A DNA stretch of 32,000 nt from Gemmata obscuriglobus (GTDB lineage: Bacteria > Planctomycetota > Planctomycetia > Gemmatales > Gemmataceae). The stretch is taken from positions 2,490,001-2,522,000 of the forward strand of contig NZ_CP042911.1 of NCBI RefSeq assembly GCF_008065095.1, given 5' to 3'. The position numbers were made by a program, and so were the translations under genes. Below, piece by piece: positions 1-9,436 of the stretch (position 1 is the first letter of the stretch; each line of letters opens with the position of its first letter). Below the pieces are notes generated by a model. That model was given only the letters and a program-made list of their open reading frames with translations, was not told the origin of the DNA and made no database searches.

Positions 1-95
1 ATGCGGACGGGACCGGGAGGCTGAAACGCGAGACCTGGGACGACATGAAGTTGTTGCTGCGCACAATGGGCCGCGACGTGCCTGCCGCGAAGTGA
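1..95 (+). CDS. 3' end of an unidentified CDS that begins upstream of the window
   Basis: Frame 3 is open from the window edge and ends ...GRLKRETWDDMKLLLRTMGRDVPAAK at TGA 93-95. A hairpin follows immediately. Too short to assign a function. Confidence 0.3.
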   Translation, partial: ADGTGRLKRETWDDMKLLLRTMGRDVPAAK

Positions 96-121
96 CACCG
101 ATTTCCAGATCGGTGTTTGTG
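95..121. terminator. Hairpin between convergent genes (ACACCGAT / ATCGGTGT, 6-nt loop, then TTGTG)
   Basis: 8-bp perfect stem at 95-102 / 109-116, lying between the stop at 93-95 (+) and the kinase stop at 126 (-). The T-tract is weak. Confidence 0.35.
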
Positions 122-125
122 CGGA

Positions 126-2612
126 TCAGTTCGCGCCGACGCGGCTTCCTTCGGCGGTCGGTGGGTTCACCGGGAACCGGAGGAACGCGGCGTCGTCGTT
201 CGGGTTCGGGTCCGGTAACCGCGGGGCCTCGATCTTTGTCGCGGCAAGCGCGGTGCCCGGGCCGCACGACGGGTCGCAAAGGTTGTTCGCCGCGGCCAAC
301 CCCGGAACCGCCGCCGGGGCCTTCAACAGTTCGTCGGTCTTCGCGAAGTAGTTTAGCGCGATCTTGTAGGTGTGCCCGGTGCCGAGTTCATTCGCCGGGC
401 CGTCGAAGTGGAACCCGATCGGCATCTGGTAGAACGTGTTGTTGGTGAACGTGCAGCGCATCGGGCGCCCGCCCGGACGGGCGAGCGACACTCCGGCGGC
501 CGTCAGGTGGTAGAACCGGCAGTTCGACACCTCGAAATCGATCGCGGGACCGTCGAACAGCACCCCGGACCGTCCCGGCCCCTCGAACCGACAGTTCCGG
601 ACGGTGACGAACTTGTTGTCCAGGCCGCCCGTGGCGAGGGAGAGCAGGCCGGTCTCGCCCGTCGCGGGGAGGGCGACCCGTAACCGGTCCAGCACCACCG
701 GGCGGTCGCGGTCGCCCGCAACGTTCCACAGGTGGACGCCGGTCTTGACCACGTTCCGCACGGTCACGTTATCGAGTAGCGTGCCGGGGGCGTTCCCGCT
801 CAACTGGACCCCGATCTCGGCTTGGCCCTTTCCGTCGAACTCGAGGTTGCGCAGCCTCAGCCCCTCCGCCCCGCCCGTGTCGAACATCAGCCCGCCTTTC
901 GCGAGGGGCTCGATCACCGCGAGCCGACCGTCCGGCAGGCCGGATTCGATGGTCACGTCCTTGTGCTTGTGCTTGTCGAGCCGAATGGTCGGTTCGCTGA
1001 GCCGGGGCTCGGTGATGACGATGGTGTCGCCCGGGCCGACTTTGGCGATCGCCTCGCGGAGCGACCCGACCGCGTTCTCGCCCCCGCCCTTCGAAACAAT
1101 GACGCGGCGGCTCGTGGGGGGAGGGGGCGACGGGGCGGTCGAGGCCGTCTTGCCGGCGAAGAACGCGAAGTACGCGCCGGCGCCGGCCGCGGCGACCACC
1201 AGGACGGCGGCGACCAGCAGCACAACCGCCTTGACCACGCCGCCGCCGCCCCGACGCGAGGGCGGCGGCGTGCGCGTGCGGACGCGCGACGGGCGTTCCT
1301 CCTCATCCTCGGGCGGTAGCGGCAGCGCCTCCGGGCGCGCCGCGCCCTTGTCTTTGTCACCGGTATCGAGGTTCGCCCACACGGCCGGCGTACCTGCGGC
1401 CGCGGGGGGCGGCGTAGCGCCGGCGGTGACGACCGTTGCGGCGGTCGAGAGCGTGTGCGGGCGGGCGTGCCCGGTGGCGGTCGCGGTTCCGGACACCAGT
1501 GAGGGCGGCCCCGACCCGCGACCGCTGCCGATCACCGCCGGGGACAGCACCGGCATCTCGCGCTCGGCCGGCGGCGGGATCGGCGTCGCCACCCACTCCG
1601 CCAGCGCCGCCGTGACTTCGGCGGGGATCTGGTACCGCCGGGCCGGGTCCTTCGCCATCATCTTCTCGATCACGGCGACCAGCTCGTTGGGCAACTCGGC
1701 CCGGAGCGCCTTGATCGCCCGCGGGACGCGCGTCTGGTGCCAGATCAGCTTCTGCGCGACCGACCCTTCGGGGAACGGCGGGGTGCCGCCGAGCAGGTAG
1801 TAGAACGTCGCCCCCAGCGAGTAGATGTCGGCCCGGATGTCCACCGTGTGGCTGTCCATCGCCTGCTCGGGGGCGAGGTAGTCCGCGGTGCCGAGCACGT
1901 TTTCGTCGTTCTGGCGGGTCAGGTTGTCTTCGGTGTCGTGCGTCAGCCGGGCCAGCCCCAGGTCCAGCAGCTTCACCACGCCCGACCGGTCCACGAGGAT
2001 GTTGCCGGGCTTGACGTCGCGGTGGATCAGCCCCATCTCGTGGGCGTGCTGGAGGCCCACGGCGGCGCCGTAAATGTAGTGGCACGCGCGGGTGATGTCG
2101 AGCGGCCCGAACTTCTTGACGAGGTCCTGCAGGTTCACCCCGTCCACCCACTCCATGACGAGGAAGTGCAGGTTGTCGTCCTGATCGATGTCGTAGGCGC
2201 GGACGACGTTCGGGTGGTCCACCGCGGCGGCGGCCTTCGCCTCCCGGTAGAACCGGTCGAGGCTGGCGCGGTCCTCGGCCCGCGGGAGCGGGAGCACCTT
2301 CACCGCGACCCGGCGGCGCATGAGCTTGTGCTCGCACAGGAACACCGTCCCCATGCCGCCGCTGCCGAGCTTCTCCAGCACCTTGTACTTGCCCAGGTTG
2401 AACCGCTTGTACTTGCCCTGGAGCAGTTGCTCGGCCTGGAAGTACGTGAGCACGCCGTCGCGGACGAGCAGTTGGGCCAGCTTGGTCGGGTCGGCGGGGA
2501 GCCCCCCGGCGTCGCGCAGCTTCTGGACGTGGTTCCGGAGCTTGGCCTCGTCGACGAGGTTGCTCTTCCGGACCAGTTCCAGCATCTCGTCCGCGGTCGT
2601 GGGGGCGGGCAT
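126..2612 (-). CDS. Membrane Ser/Thr protein kinase with an extracytoplasmic right-handed beta-helix-like domain
   Basis: ORF 126..2645, with the start trimmed to ATG 2612 (MPAPTTADEMLELVRK) because the paralog begins MPAPATVPDFLELVRK. Hanks motifs are GSGGMGTVF, VAVK, HRDVKPGNIL, DLGLA and APE. One TM span (VVLLVAAVLVVAAAGAGAYFAFF). The C-terminal ~330 aa show repeated short beta-strand/Asn/Gly periodicity (NVTVRNV, VTVRNCRF, VSNCRFY, TFTNNTFY), typical of parallel beta-helix repeats. Confidence 0.9.
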   Translation of the reverse strand: MPAPTTADEMLELVRKSNLVDEAKLRNHVQKLRDAGGLPADPTKLAQLLVRDGVLTYFQAEQLLQGKYKRFNLGKYKVLEKLGSGGMGTVFLCEHKLMRRRVAVKVLPLPRAEDRASLDRFYREAKAAAAVDHPNVVRAYDIDQDDNLHFLVMEWVDGVNLQDLVKKFGPLDITRACHYIYGAAVGLQHAHEMGLIHRDVKPGNILVDRSGVVKLLDLGLARLTHDTEDNLTRQNDENVLGTADYLAPEQAMDSHTVDIRADIYSLGATFYYLLGGTPPFPEGSVAQKLIWHQTRVPRAIKALRAELPNELVAVIEKMMAKDPARRYQIPAEVTAALAEWVATPIPPPAEREMPVLSPAVIGSGRGSGPPSLVSGTATATGHARPHTLSTAATVVTAGATPPPAAAGTPAVWANLDTGDKDKGAARPEALPLPPEDEEERPSRVRTRTPPPSRRGGGGVVKAVVLLVAAVLVVAAAGAGAYFAFFAGKTASTAPSPPPPTSRRVIVSKGGGENAVGSLREAIAKVGPGDTIVITEPRLSEPTIRLDKHKHKDVTIESGLPDGRLAVIEPLAKGGLMFDTGGAEGLRLRNLEFDGKGQAEIGVQLSGNAPGTLLDNVTVRNVVKTGVHLWNVAGDRDRPVVLDRLRVALPATGETGLLSLATGGLDNKFVTVRNCRFEGPGRSGVLFDGPAIDFEVSNCRFYHLTAAGVSLARPGGRPMRCTFTNNTFYQMPIGFHFDGPANELGTGHTYKIALNYFAKTDELLKAPAAVPGLAAANNLCDPSCGPGTALAATKIEAPRLPDPNPNDDAAFLRFPVNPPTAEGSRVGAN

Positions 2613-2771
2613 GGAGATCTCCGCTGCGCGACGGGCGGGTCGCATGGCGTTCCGGCGCCCGGTGCGAACCGGCGCGCGGCCGGCCGCAAGTATAGTGTAC
2701 GGCAGAACTCAGGGGTTGTGGATTCCCGAGTTCGGAGGCGCACGCCCGGAGGCGTGACGGGGGAGGTGGGG

Positions 2772-4355
2772 TTACACGGGACGCGCGGCGGTGGGCGGGC
2801 GGCCCGAGCCCTTCGACCCCTTGCCGATCTGGTACGCCACAACGAGCCCGCCGACGAACACCCCGGCTAGGAGCAGGGCCAGGGCCACAACCAACCACGT
2901 CCGGCCCTTTCCGGTGACCAAGGGCAGAGGCCCGACGGGCGCCGGGCGCGTCCGGGCCGCACCGGCGCCCGCTTTCGCCCGGGGCGGGATCGGTGTCGTC
3001 GGAGACGCGGCGGCCCGCCCGGTCGAAACCGGGCCGTTGACCGGCGTGTCGGGCCCCGACTTGTACTTGGGGGCGGCCGCGGCCGACGGGGGCGCGATCG
3101 GGAACGCCGCGGCGCTCGTGCCGTCGCCGGGCCGCACCCGGGGGATGTCGATGGAGCTGCCGCCCGTCCGGGCGAACACCCCGCGCCCGGGGCCGAACAG
3201 CGCCCGGGCCAGCGGCAGGTTCGCCCCGGTCCCGGACGTGCTCGGGGGGGCCGCCAGCGCGCGCACCTGCGGGCACAGGACCGGCATCTCGCGCTCCGGC
3301 GGCGGGCCGATCGGCGCCTCCGCCCACTCGGCCAGCGCCTCGGCCACCTCGATCGGCTCCTGGTACCGCTCCGCCGGGTCCTTCGCCATCATCTTCCGCA
3401 GGACCGCGAGGACGCCGGCGGGCACGTCGCTGCGGAACTCCTCGACCGGCCTCGGCTCGCGCGTCTGGTGGGCCACCAGCTTCGCGGCGATGGTGCCGTC
3501 CGGGAACGGGGTCTGGCCGGTGAGCAGGAAGTACAGCGTGCCGCCCAGGGAGTAGATGTCCGCCCGCACGTCCACGACGTTGGTCACCGCCTGCTCCGGC
3601 GCCAGGTAGTCGGCGGTGCCGAGCACGCACTTCTCGTCGTACTTCTCGGTGACGCTGTCCTGCTGCTTGTTGAAGAACCGCGCCAGCCCCATGTCGAGCA
3701 CCTTGATGACGCCGGTGCGGTCGAGGAGCAGGTTCCCGGGCTTGATGTCGCGGTGGACCATGCCGAGTTCGTGCGCGTGCTGCATCCCGACCGCCGCCTG
3801 CGCGACGTAGTGGGCGGCCCGCAGCGGGTCGAACGGCCGCTTGTCCATCGCGTACCGGGCGGCGATCTCCTGGAGGCTGGCCCCGTCCACGTACTCCATG
3901 ACCAGGAAGTGGAGCTTCTCGTACTGGTCGATGTCGTAGGCGCGGACGATGTTCGGGTGGTCCAGCGCCGCAACGGCCCGGGCCTCGCGGTAGAACCGGT
4001 CCAGGTTGGAGGGGTCGTCGAGCTTCTCGACCGGCAGCACCTTGAGCGCCACCAGCCGCCGCATGAGGGTGTGCTCGCACAGGTACACGGCGCCCATGCC
4101 GCCGGCCCCGATCAGCTCGAGGAGCCGGTACTTCGAGCCGATGGTGAACCGCTTGTACCGCCCGAGCTTGAGCTGTTTGGCCTGGAAGAAGGTGAGCAGC
4201 CCGTTGTGGACCAGCACGCCGGCGGCCTGGTCCACGGTCGGGGGGGTGCCGGTGGCGCGGTACCGTCCGAGCAACTCGTCGAGCTTCTTGTCCGGAACCA
4301 GCCCGCCCTTGCGGACCAACTCCAGAAAGTCAGGGACGGTGGCGGGAGCCGGCAT
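2772..4355 (-). CDS. Tail-anchored Ser/Thr protein kinase, paralog of the downstream kinase
   Basis: Motifs GAGGMGAVY, VALK, HRDIKPGNLL, DMGLA, APE. It shares the pre-kinase N-terminal module and the post-kinase EWxxxPIxPPxEREMPVL segment with 126..2612. A single TM (WLVVALALLLAGVFVGGLVVAY) lies near the C-terminus and there is no ectodomain. Confidence 0.9.
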   Translation of the reverse strand: MPAPATVPDFLELVRKGGLVPDKKLDELLGRYRATGTPPTVDQAAGVLVHNGLLTFFQAKQLKLGRYKRFTIGSKYRLLELIGAGGMGAVYLCEHTLMRRLVALKVLPVEKLDDPSNLDRFYREARAVAALDHPNIVRAYDIDQYEKLHFLVMEYVDGASLQEIAARYAMDKRPFDPLRAAHYVAQAAVGMQHAHELGMVHRDIKPGNLLLDRTGVIKVLDMGLARFFNKQQDSVTEKYDEKCVLGTADYLAPEQAVTNVVDVRADIYSLGGTLYFLLTGQTPFPDGTIAAKLVAHQTREPRPVEEFRSDVPAGVLAVLRKMMAKDPAERYQEPIEVAEALAEWAEAPIGPPPEREMPVLCPQVRALAAPPSTSGTGANLPLARALFGPGRGVFARTGGSSIDIPRVRPGDGTSAAAFPIAPPSAAAAPKYKSGPDTPVNGPVSTGRAAASPTTPIPPRAKAGAGAARTRPAPVGPLPLVTGKGRTWLVVALALLLAGVFVGGLVVAYQIGKGSKGSGRPPTAARPV

Positions 4356-4867
4356 TGGTGCTGTCCTTCGGCCCGGAGAGCGGGCGCCACGAGCACGCCC
4401 GATGGGGTCATGCGAACTAATCTGCTCAGCCCGGTTGCGCTGAGCAAGGGAGCAGTTCTGTTTTTAACACGAATTCCGCCGTGGCCAAAGTTCCGGCCGT
4501 CGCGACCGAAGCGGTCGTGCCGATTGAGTCGAACGCGCCCGTGCGGTGCTCCAGCTATCATACCCGGTCGGCCGGTTGCGGACGTAATTCGCTGTGCCGC
4601 ACCGCGCCGCTCTTCGTCGGTACCGCGCTTGCCTGCGGTTAGCATTGAAGGGCGCTGTGCTATGCGCTCCGGTGCGACCGGTTGGTACGGGTGGGGCGGC
4701 CGTGGTCGCACGCGCGAGCCTTTTCCGCCCGCAGACCGTCGCCCTGCCGCCGCTCATCTCGGTGTGGGTAGGCGCCGGTTCACGGGACGGCTAGAGTAAA
4801 ATCCTCATCCGCCGTACCGGCCTCCGAGCCCATCGGTCGCTGGCGCGCCAACACAGGAACCCGGTTC

Positions 4868-7021
4868 ATGAGCGCCCGGCGTGCCCTCGATCAGGTCCGC
4901 ACCGTGAAGGCCGTTTGCCCGCACGACTGCCCGGACACCTGCGGGATGGTCGTCACCGTGGACACCGCCACCGGCCGCGCGGTCGAGCTGCGCGGCGACA
5001 AGGAGCACCCGTTCACCCGCGGCGCGCTGTGTCAGAAGGTGTCGAACTACCTCGAACGGGTGTACCACCCGGACCGGCTCCTGCACCCGATGAAGCGCGT
5101 CGGGAAAAAGGGCGAGGGGAAGTTCACGCGCACCTCCTGGGACGAGGCGATCGCGACCATCGCCGCGAAGTTCAAGGAGATCGCGGCGTCCGCAGACGGC
5201 CCGCAAGCGATCCTGCCGTACAGCTACGCCGGCACGATGGGCAAGCTGATGTACGCGAGCCTGGACCGGCGGTTCTTCAACCGGCTCGGGGCCAGCCTGC
5301 TCGACCGCACCATCTGCGCCACCGCCGGCGCGGCCGGGTGCGACGTGACGCTCGGCACCCGGGCGGTGACCGACCCGGAAGCGGCGGTCAACGCCCGGTA
5401 CATCGTGAACTGGGGCTCGAACACGCTGGTCACCAACCTGCACTTCTGGAAGGTGCAACTGGCGGCCCGCAAGCTCGGCGCGAAGATCGTCACCATCGAC
5501 CCGTACCGCTCGCCGACCGCGGCGAAGTCCGACCAGTGGATCGCGGTCCGGCCCGGGACCGACGGGGCGCTCGCGCTCGGGGTGATGCACGTCATCTTCC
5601 GCGAGAACTGGCAGGACGACGACTACCTGAGCCGCTACTGCGTCGGCGCGGCCGAGCTGCGCGAGCGGGTGCTCCGCGAGTACGCCCCCGAGCGGGTGTC
5701 GCACATCACCGGCCTGCCGGTGCCGGAGATCGAGACGTTCGCGCGCGAGTACGCCCGGGCGCGGGAGCTGTTCGGCGGCCCGGCCCTGATCCGGGTGAAC
5801 TACGGGTTGCAGCGGCACGGCGGCGGCGGAATGGCCGTCCGCACCATCGTGTGTCTGCCTGCGCTGACGGGCGACTGGCGCCACCCGGGCGCCGGCGCGC
5901 TGCTCAGCACCAGCAAGGCGTACCCGTTCGACGACCACTACCTGACGCGCCCCGATCTGGTCCCCAAGGGCACGCGCACCATCAACATGGTGAACCTCGC
6001 GGAGGCCCTTCACGGAGAACTACCCGTTCCGTCCGCGGGCGGGGAGAAGTGGCCGCCGGTGCGCGCGCTGTACGTGTACAACTCCAACCCGGCGGCGGTG
6101 AACCCGGACCAGTCGCGGGTGCTCTCGGGGCTGGCCCGCGAGGACCTGTTCACGGTCGTTCACGACCAGTTCCAGACGGACACCGCGGACTACGCCGACA
6201 TCGTGCTGCCCGCGACCACGCAGTTGGAGCACTTCGACATCCACAGCAGCTACGGGCACCTGTACGTTCAGGCCAACAACGCCGCGATCGCCCCGCTGGG
6301 CGAGGCGAAGCCGAACACCGAGGTGTTCCGGCTCCTGGCCCGGGCGATGGGGTTCGAGCCCGAGCTGTTCGAGGAGAGCGACGAGGCGATCGCCGCGCGG
6401 AGCCTGCGCGCGCCGCCGGCCCCGGGCGTGGCGGGGGTGAGTGCCGCACTTGAGGGTATCACCCTCGACGCCACAAAGGCCGGCCCGGTGCGCCTGAACG
6501 TGCCCCGGAACTGGGCGCCGTTCGCGGAGGGCAACTTCCCGACGCCGTCGGGCAAGTGCGAACTGTACTCCGAGCGCGAGGCGCGGGCCGGAAGGGACCC
6601 GCTCCCACACTACGCCCCGCCGCACGAGGACCCGCAAACGAGGCCCGAACTTGCGGCCCGGTACCCGCTGCAACTGCTCACCCCGCCGGCCCCGTCGTTC
6701 CTCAACTCCACGTTCGTGAACGTGGACACGCTGCGCAAGTCGGCCGGGGAGCGCACGCTCGAAATGAACCCCGCCGACGCTGCGAAGCGGGGCATCGTGG
6801 ACGGTCAGATGGTCCGGGTGTTCAACGACCGGGGCCGGTTCCGGGCGCGGGCGGTGGTGGGCGAGAGCGTGAAGCCGGGGGTGGTGGTGTCGCTGGGGCT
6901 GTGGTGGCGCAAGTTCACCGACGACGGCGCGAACTGCAACACGACGACCAGCACCGCGACCACGGACTTCGGCGGCGGTGCCACGTTCTTCGACAACCTG
7001 GTGGAAGTGACAGCGCTCTAA
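4868..7021 (+). CDS. Molybdopterin (Mo-bisPGD, DMSO-reductase superfamily) oxidoreductase
   Basis: N-terminal 4Fe-4S motif CPHDCPDTCGM...GALC. The length is 717 aa. The C-terminal molybdopterin-dinucleotide-binding barrel pattern is present (LEMNPADAAKRGIVDGQMVRVFNDRGRFRARAVV). No adjacent electron-transfer subunit genes. Confidence 0.88.
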   Translation: MSARRALDQVRTVKAVCPHDCPDTCGMVVTVDTATGRAVELRGDKEHPFTRGALCQKVSNYLERVYHPDRLLHPMKRVGKKGEGKFTRTSWDEAIATIAAKFKEIAASADGPQAILPYSYAGTMGKLMYASLDRRFFNRLGASLLDRTICATAGAAGCDVTLGTRAVTDPEAAVNARYIVNWGSNTLVTNLHFWKVQLAARKLGAKIVTIDPYRSPTAAKSDQWIAVRPGTDGALALGVMHVIFRENWQDDDYLSRYCVGAAELRERVLREYAPERVSHITGLPVPEIETFAREYARARELFGGPALIRVNYGLQRHGGGGMAVRTIVCLPALTGDWRHPGAGALLSTSKAYPFDDHYLTRPDLVPKGTRTINMVNLAEALHGELPVPSAGGEKWPPVRALYVYNSNPAAVNPDQSRVLSGLAREDLFTVVHDQFQTDTADYADIVLPATTQLEHFDIHSSYGHLYVQANNAAIAPLGEAKPNTEVFRLLARAMGFEPELFEESDEAIAARSLRAPPAPGVAGVSAALEGITLDATKAGPVRLNVPRNWAPFAEGNFPTPSGKCELYSEREARAGRDPLPHYAPPHEDPQTRPELAARYPLQLLTPPAPSFLNSTFVNVDTLRKSAGERTLEMNPADAAKRGIVDGQMVRVFNDRGRFRARAVVGESVKPGVVVSLGLWWRKFTDDGANCNTTTSTATTDFGGGATFFDNLVEVTAL

Positions 7022-7088
7022 CCGCGGCGCTGTCGCGCGTGGCCGCGCGAGCGGGGATCTGTGATCGTTTTCCGTTGCCCGGAACCAT

Positions 7089-7730
7089 ATGAGTCGTCCA
7101 CCCGCCGTCGATCAACTCACCCGGCGCGACGAGCGGACCGCGGTGGCGACCCTGAGCGCCGCGTTTGCCGATTACGTCCTGCTCACAGCACTGTGCCCCG
7201 ATCCGGAGCGGCGGCGGCGGGTGGCGTGGACGTACTCGCGGCTGCTGTTCCGGATGGCTGCGGTCGAAGGCGGGGCGTTCGCCACCGCCGACCGCGCCGC
7301 GGTGGTGTGCGCGCTCCCGCCGCGGCGTGAGTGGCCGACGCCGTGGGCGTTCGTCTGTTGCGGAGCCGTCTCCCTGGGAGTGCATTTGCGCCCCCGGGCG
7401 GCCCTGCAAATGATCCGGATCGGGGTCGCGTTCGATGAGGCCCGCGAACGGCACCTGGGCGCCCGCCCGCACTGGTACGTTCACCTGCTCGGCGTGCGCC
7501 CCGGCGCACAGGGCCGGGGGCTGGCACGTGCCGTCCTGGCACCGGTCTTCGCCGCCGCGGATCGCAGCGGCGTCCCGGTGTACCTCGAAACGATGCCCGA
7601 GGCGAACGTTCCGATTTACCAGAAGCTGGGCTTCGCGCTGGTCGGGCTGCGCGAACTGCCGGGCGGGTTACCGAACCACGAACTCGTTCGCGAGCCGGCG
7701 CCCGGCGTGAGACGGAGTGTTACGGGCTGA
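7089..7730 (+). CDS. GNAT-family N-acetyltransferase
   Basis: Acetyl-CoA binding motif LGVRPGAQGRGLARAVL (R/Q-x-x-G-x-G/A), followed by VYLET....N...YQKLGF, typical of the GNAT C-terminus. Confidence 0.75.
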   Translation: MSRPPAVDQLTRRDERTAVATLSAAFADYVLLTALCPDPERRRRVAWTYSRLLFRMAAVEGGAFATADRAAVVCALPPRREWPTPWAFVCCGAVSLGVHLRPRAALQMIRIGVAFDEARERHLGARPHWYVHLLGVRPGAQGRGLARAVLAPVFAAADRSGVPVYLETMPEANVPIYQKLGFALVGLRELPGGLPNHELVREPAPGVRRSVTG

Positions 7731-8196
7731 CGAGCGGTCCACCGACCTGTTTGGGCTTCGCGGTCGCGGCGCCCGCCGGCACGTCGATGTCCTTGGTGCT
7801 GGACGAAGCGGGCAGGTCCGCTTGCACCTCGTACCGCGGGAACAGCGACTTGATGAGCACTTCGCCCGACGTGTCCGACTTGTCCACCTTGTCCGGCTTG
7901 GCGTTCGGGTCGAACGCCTCGATCGAGATCACCACCGCCCCGGCGGGCGCCCCGTGCCCGCCGGCGGACGCCGTGTCGAACTTGCCGTCCTTGATGTCCG
8001 CGTACCCGCTCGGGCCGCTGCCGCCCTTGGTCGCGTCGGGCGTGAAGTAGATCTTCCCGACCGGGACGGGCTGGCCCTTGAAGGTCACCGTGCCGGACAC
8101 GCGGTGCGTGCCGTCGCCCCCGCACCCGACCGCCAGGGCACAAGCGACCGCCGCCACCGCGCCGCCGGCGGCGCGAACGAACCTCGATCCGACCAT
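7720..8196 (-). CDS. Small lipoprotein with a carboxypeptidase-regulatory-like beta-sandwich
   Basis: Only the last 158 codons of ORF 7720..9117 look protein-like. ATG 8196 gives MVGSRFVRAAGGAVAAVACALAVGC (signal peptide plus lipobox LAVGC), then VSGTVTFKGQPVPVGKIYF. It lies immediately downstream of the DUF1559 gene, a recurrent planctomycete pairing. Confidence 0.7.
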   Translation of the reverse strand: MVGSRFVRAAGGAVAAVACALAVGCGGDGTHRVSGTVTFKGQPVPVGKIYFTPDATKGGSGPSGYADIKDGKFDTASAGGHGAPAGAVVISIEAFDPNAKPDKVDKSDTSGEVLIKSLFPRYEVQADLPASSSTKDIDVPAGAATAKPKQVGGPLVSP

Positions 8197-8261
8197 GTGA
8201 GCCGATCTCCGGGAGAGTGAAAGGAGAGGGGCCGCCCCGCGGGGCGGCCGGACCGGGGCGG

Positions 8262-9257
8262 TCAGTTGAGCGAGGCCACCTCGCCGGAACTGATCGTGGC
8301 GAGCGCCTTCAGCAGGTTCAGGTCGGTATTCTGGTTGATGAAGCGGACGCTCCCGTCGCCCATCGCGAAGTTGGCCCCGCCCGTGTGCTGACTCCCGAAG
8401 CTGATGTCGTTGAAGTTGTTGCTGCCGTTGTACACGGTCGAGTTGATCGCGTTGGTCACGTTCTTGCACGACCCGCTCCCGCCGTTGTTCCCGCGGGTCC
8501 AACTGCGGTACTGGTGGTACGTCAGGTTGCCCGGCATGTTGACCGAAATCTCGCCCACCATCAGCGTGTTCGAGGTGCCGTCGGTCACGCTGGTCAGTTT
8601 GACGGTTCGGTTGGTGGTTACGCTCCCAGATGTGTTCTGGAAGTGGCACAACATTCCCACAGTCGAGTACGCTCCGTTGCTCCCGCCTTGGCCGAACGGG
8701 AAGCTCACTGTGGTGCCGTTGTACACGAAGTTCGCCGGGTTCAGGTTCGACGGGTAGCCCGGCCCCATGACGCCGTAGTAGTGTGTCGTGACCGCGGTGG
8801 TCAGGTTCCCGTTGGGGTCGAGGTGCCGCTTGGGGTCGGGGCCGGATGGGCAGAAGTACGTTGGGACCACGTTCGCGGCGAGCAGGCCGTTGGCTGTGGA
8901 GTTGTATGCTTCTGCAAAGTTGTATCTGTTGTACAGGTTGCCCTGCTCGACCTGGGGTAGGATGTACACGAGCCAGCTCGTGCCCTTGATCGTGGCGGTG
9001 TTCCCGGCCGGGTTCGGCTTCGGGTACACGTCGAACTCGGCGCCGGGAGGCAGCGACCCGGCGGCGTCGTGGTACGTGTGCAGCGCGAGCCCGAGCTGTT
9101 TGAGGTTGTTTTGGCACTTCATGCGTGAGGCCGCTTCGCGCACCTTTTGCACGGCGGGCAGCAGCAGCCCGATGAGAATCGCGATGATCGCGATCACCAC
9201 CAGCAGTTCAATGAGCGTGAACCCGCGGGCCCGCGGGCGGGAGAGTGGGAGAGACAT
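8262..9257 (-). CDS. DUF1559 protein with a prepilin-type N-terminal cleavage/methylation domain (type II pseudopilin-like)
   Basis: Start trimmed to ATG 9257 (MSLPLSRPRARGFTLIELLVVIAIIAILIGLLLPAVQKVREAA). The C-terminal HTGGANFAMGDG segment is the H-X9-DG motif. Confidence 0.9.
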   Translation of the reverse strand: MSLPLSRPRARGFTLIELLVVIAIIAILIGLLLPAVQKVREAASRMKCQNNLKQLGLALHTYHDAAGSLPPGAEFDVYPKPNPAGNTATIKGTSWLVYILPQVEQGNLYNRYNFAEAYNSTANGLLAANVVPTYFCPSGPDPKRHLDPNGNLTTAVTTHYYGVMGPGYPSNLNPANFVYNGTTVSFPFGQGGSNGAYSTVGMLCHFQNTSGSVTTNRTVKLTSVTDGTSNTLMVGEISVNMPGNLTYHQYRSWTRGNNGGSGSCKNVTNAINSTVYNGSNNFNDISFGSQHTGGANFAMGDGSVRFINQNTDLNLLKALATISSGEVASLN

Positions 9258-9436
9258 TGACCGGCTCCAACAAAACCAGAGAAGAAGCGGGGGAGAGAAT
9301 TCGACCCTTCCTTGATACTCTCCACGCGACACACGCCGCAACATTATTTTTGTTACGGCGAACAGTTCTTATTATTCCGGCGTTCTTGGAGGCCGGCAGT
9401 TGGGGCGGAGGTGGAATTGTTTGACCGGAGGCGCAC

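Noticed and set aside
1357-4080. 907-aa ORF on the minus strand spanning both kinase genes. Similar very long ORFs are 604..1800, 1737..2870, 3468..4799, 4805..6013, 4915..6453, 13640..14920, 15043..16557, 16427..17692, 16456..17916, 20733..21980, 23194..24054 and 28653..30440.
   Set aside because: All are out-of-frame or antisense overlaps of motif-supported genes. Their translations are dominated by Arg/Pro/Gly/Ala runs with no motifs, which is the expected stop-codon-poor artefact of very high GC.
4790-4867. Possible Moco riboswitch upstream of the molybdopterin oxidoreductase (CCTCCGAGCC at ~4831-4840).
   Set aside because: Only a short string resembling what I remember of the Moco motif, about 30 nt from the ATG. 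There is not enough room or flanking structure for the ~130-nt aptamer. It would need cmsearch with RF01055 to revive.
8197-9117. N-terminal 307 codons of ORF 7720..9117, and N-terminal extensions of ORFs 8262..9344, 16622..17788, 20835..22136, 23337..25073, 28920..30329 and 30349..31047.
   Set aside because: The extensions are Arg/Pro-rich and overlap neighbouring genes. Internal ATGs give canonical N-termini (signal peptides, lipoboxes, a prepilin motif, conserved family starts).
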